A stretch of 34,009 bases of DNA, taken from positions 1 through 34,009 of the forward strand of contig LJUF01000010.1 in NCBI GenBank assembly GCA_001303665.1, written 5' to 3'. The stretch comes from Phycisphaerae bacterium SM23_33. Its GTDB lineage: Bacteria > Planctomycetota > Phycisphaerae > SM23-33. The notes under the pieces are model-generated. The model did not search any database and was not told the DNA's origin. It was given only the letters and a program-made list of their open reading frames with translations. Both the position numbers and the translations under genes were made by a program. Below, piece after piece: positions 33,694 through 34,009 of the stretch. Position 1 is the first letter of the stretch. The number at the start of each line of letters is the position of its first letter.

Positions 33694-34009
33694 CGCCGCC
33701 TCCTTTGTATTGGAATCCGCGCACACGGCGCGATGTGCCCCTGCGACACCAATACCACCGCTGCCAGCAGGGCCATGCCGACATGTCAAGCAGCTCCGGG
33801 GCGCTTCCCGGCTCTTGGCCGATCCGCCGGAAGTCCCGGCCACAGCGTACTCAGCTCGGCCGTTGAGGCCCGTGGGGTGCCCCATCGGCCCTCCCTGCCT
33901 CCCGAGGTGCGGAATGATGTCCCCGGGGGGCAGGCACTCTATCCAGCCGGGCGCGGACCGTCAAGGCAGAAGGGCAAAGACAGGCTCACCGCCCGCCCGC
34001 CACCCGCCA

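Overview
High-GC bacterial window. Positions 1-29.2 kb are almost entirely a complete Wood-Ljungdahl (reductive acetyl-CoA) supercluster, arranged as two divergent operons around a ~320-nt control region (18884-19204). Minus strand: cooS/acsA, cooF, FAD/NAD oxidoreductase, acsB, acsC, acsV (RACo), acsF (CooC-like), acsD, an inserted four-helix-bundle cassette, acsE, a Cys-rich ORF, DUF3786, and a Pta-N-terminal-like DRTGG protein. Plus strand: cooC, fhs, a GltD-like/2x[4Fe-4S]/MvhD-like fusion, metV, metF, folD, and a cNMP-type-domain/acetate-kinase/PduL triple fusion. The left edge carries a mobA tail and a Cys-type molybdopterin formate dehydrogenase, flanked by an AsrB/HydG-like subunit (apparently disrupted) and an AsrA/HydB-like subunit. 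The last ~4.7 kb is accessory: a SAM methyltransferase, an HNH endonuclease with a basic repeat tail, and two PEP-CTERM secreted proteins, one with a beta-helix and dockerin-like repeats. Many gene junctions are 4-nt ATGA/GTGA start/stop overlaps (1071-1075, 3106-3109, 8506-8509, 16356-16359, 24925-24928), which suggests translational coupling. I found no rRNA, tRNA, CRISPR array or transposase. Most long ORFs antisense to these genes are high-GC artefacts. The most interesting items are the triple-fusion acetate-forming enzyme with non-canonical kinase motifs, the unusual electron-input protein next to metVF, the inverted-repeat-flanked four-helix-bundle cassette inside the acs operon, a 30-32-nt element shared by both operon leaders, and two structural anomalies (a 94-nt perfect repeat in cooC and a deletion/frameshift in the fdh gamma subunit). 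Lineage guess is Planctomycetota or a related phylum, based on PEP-CTERM proteins, dockerin-like repeats and the GGATTTC-flanked cassette. That guess is low confidence.
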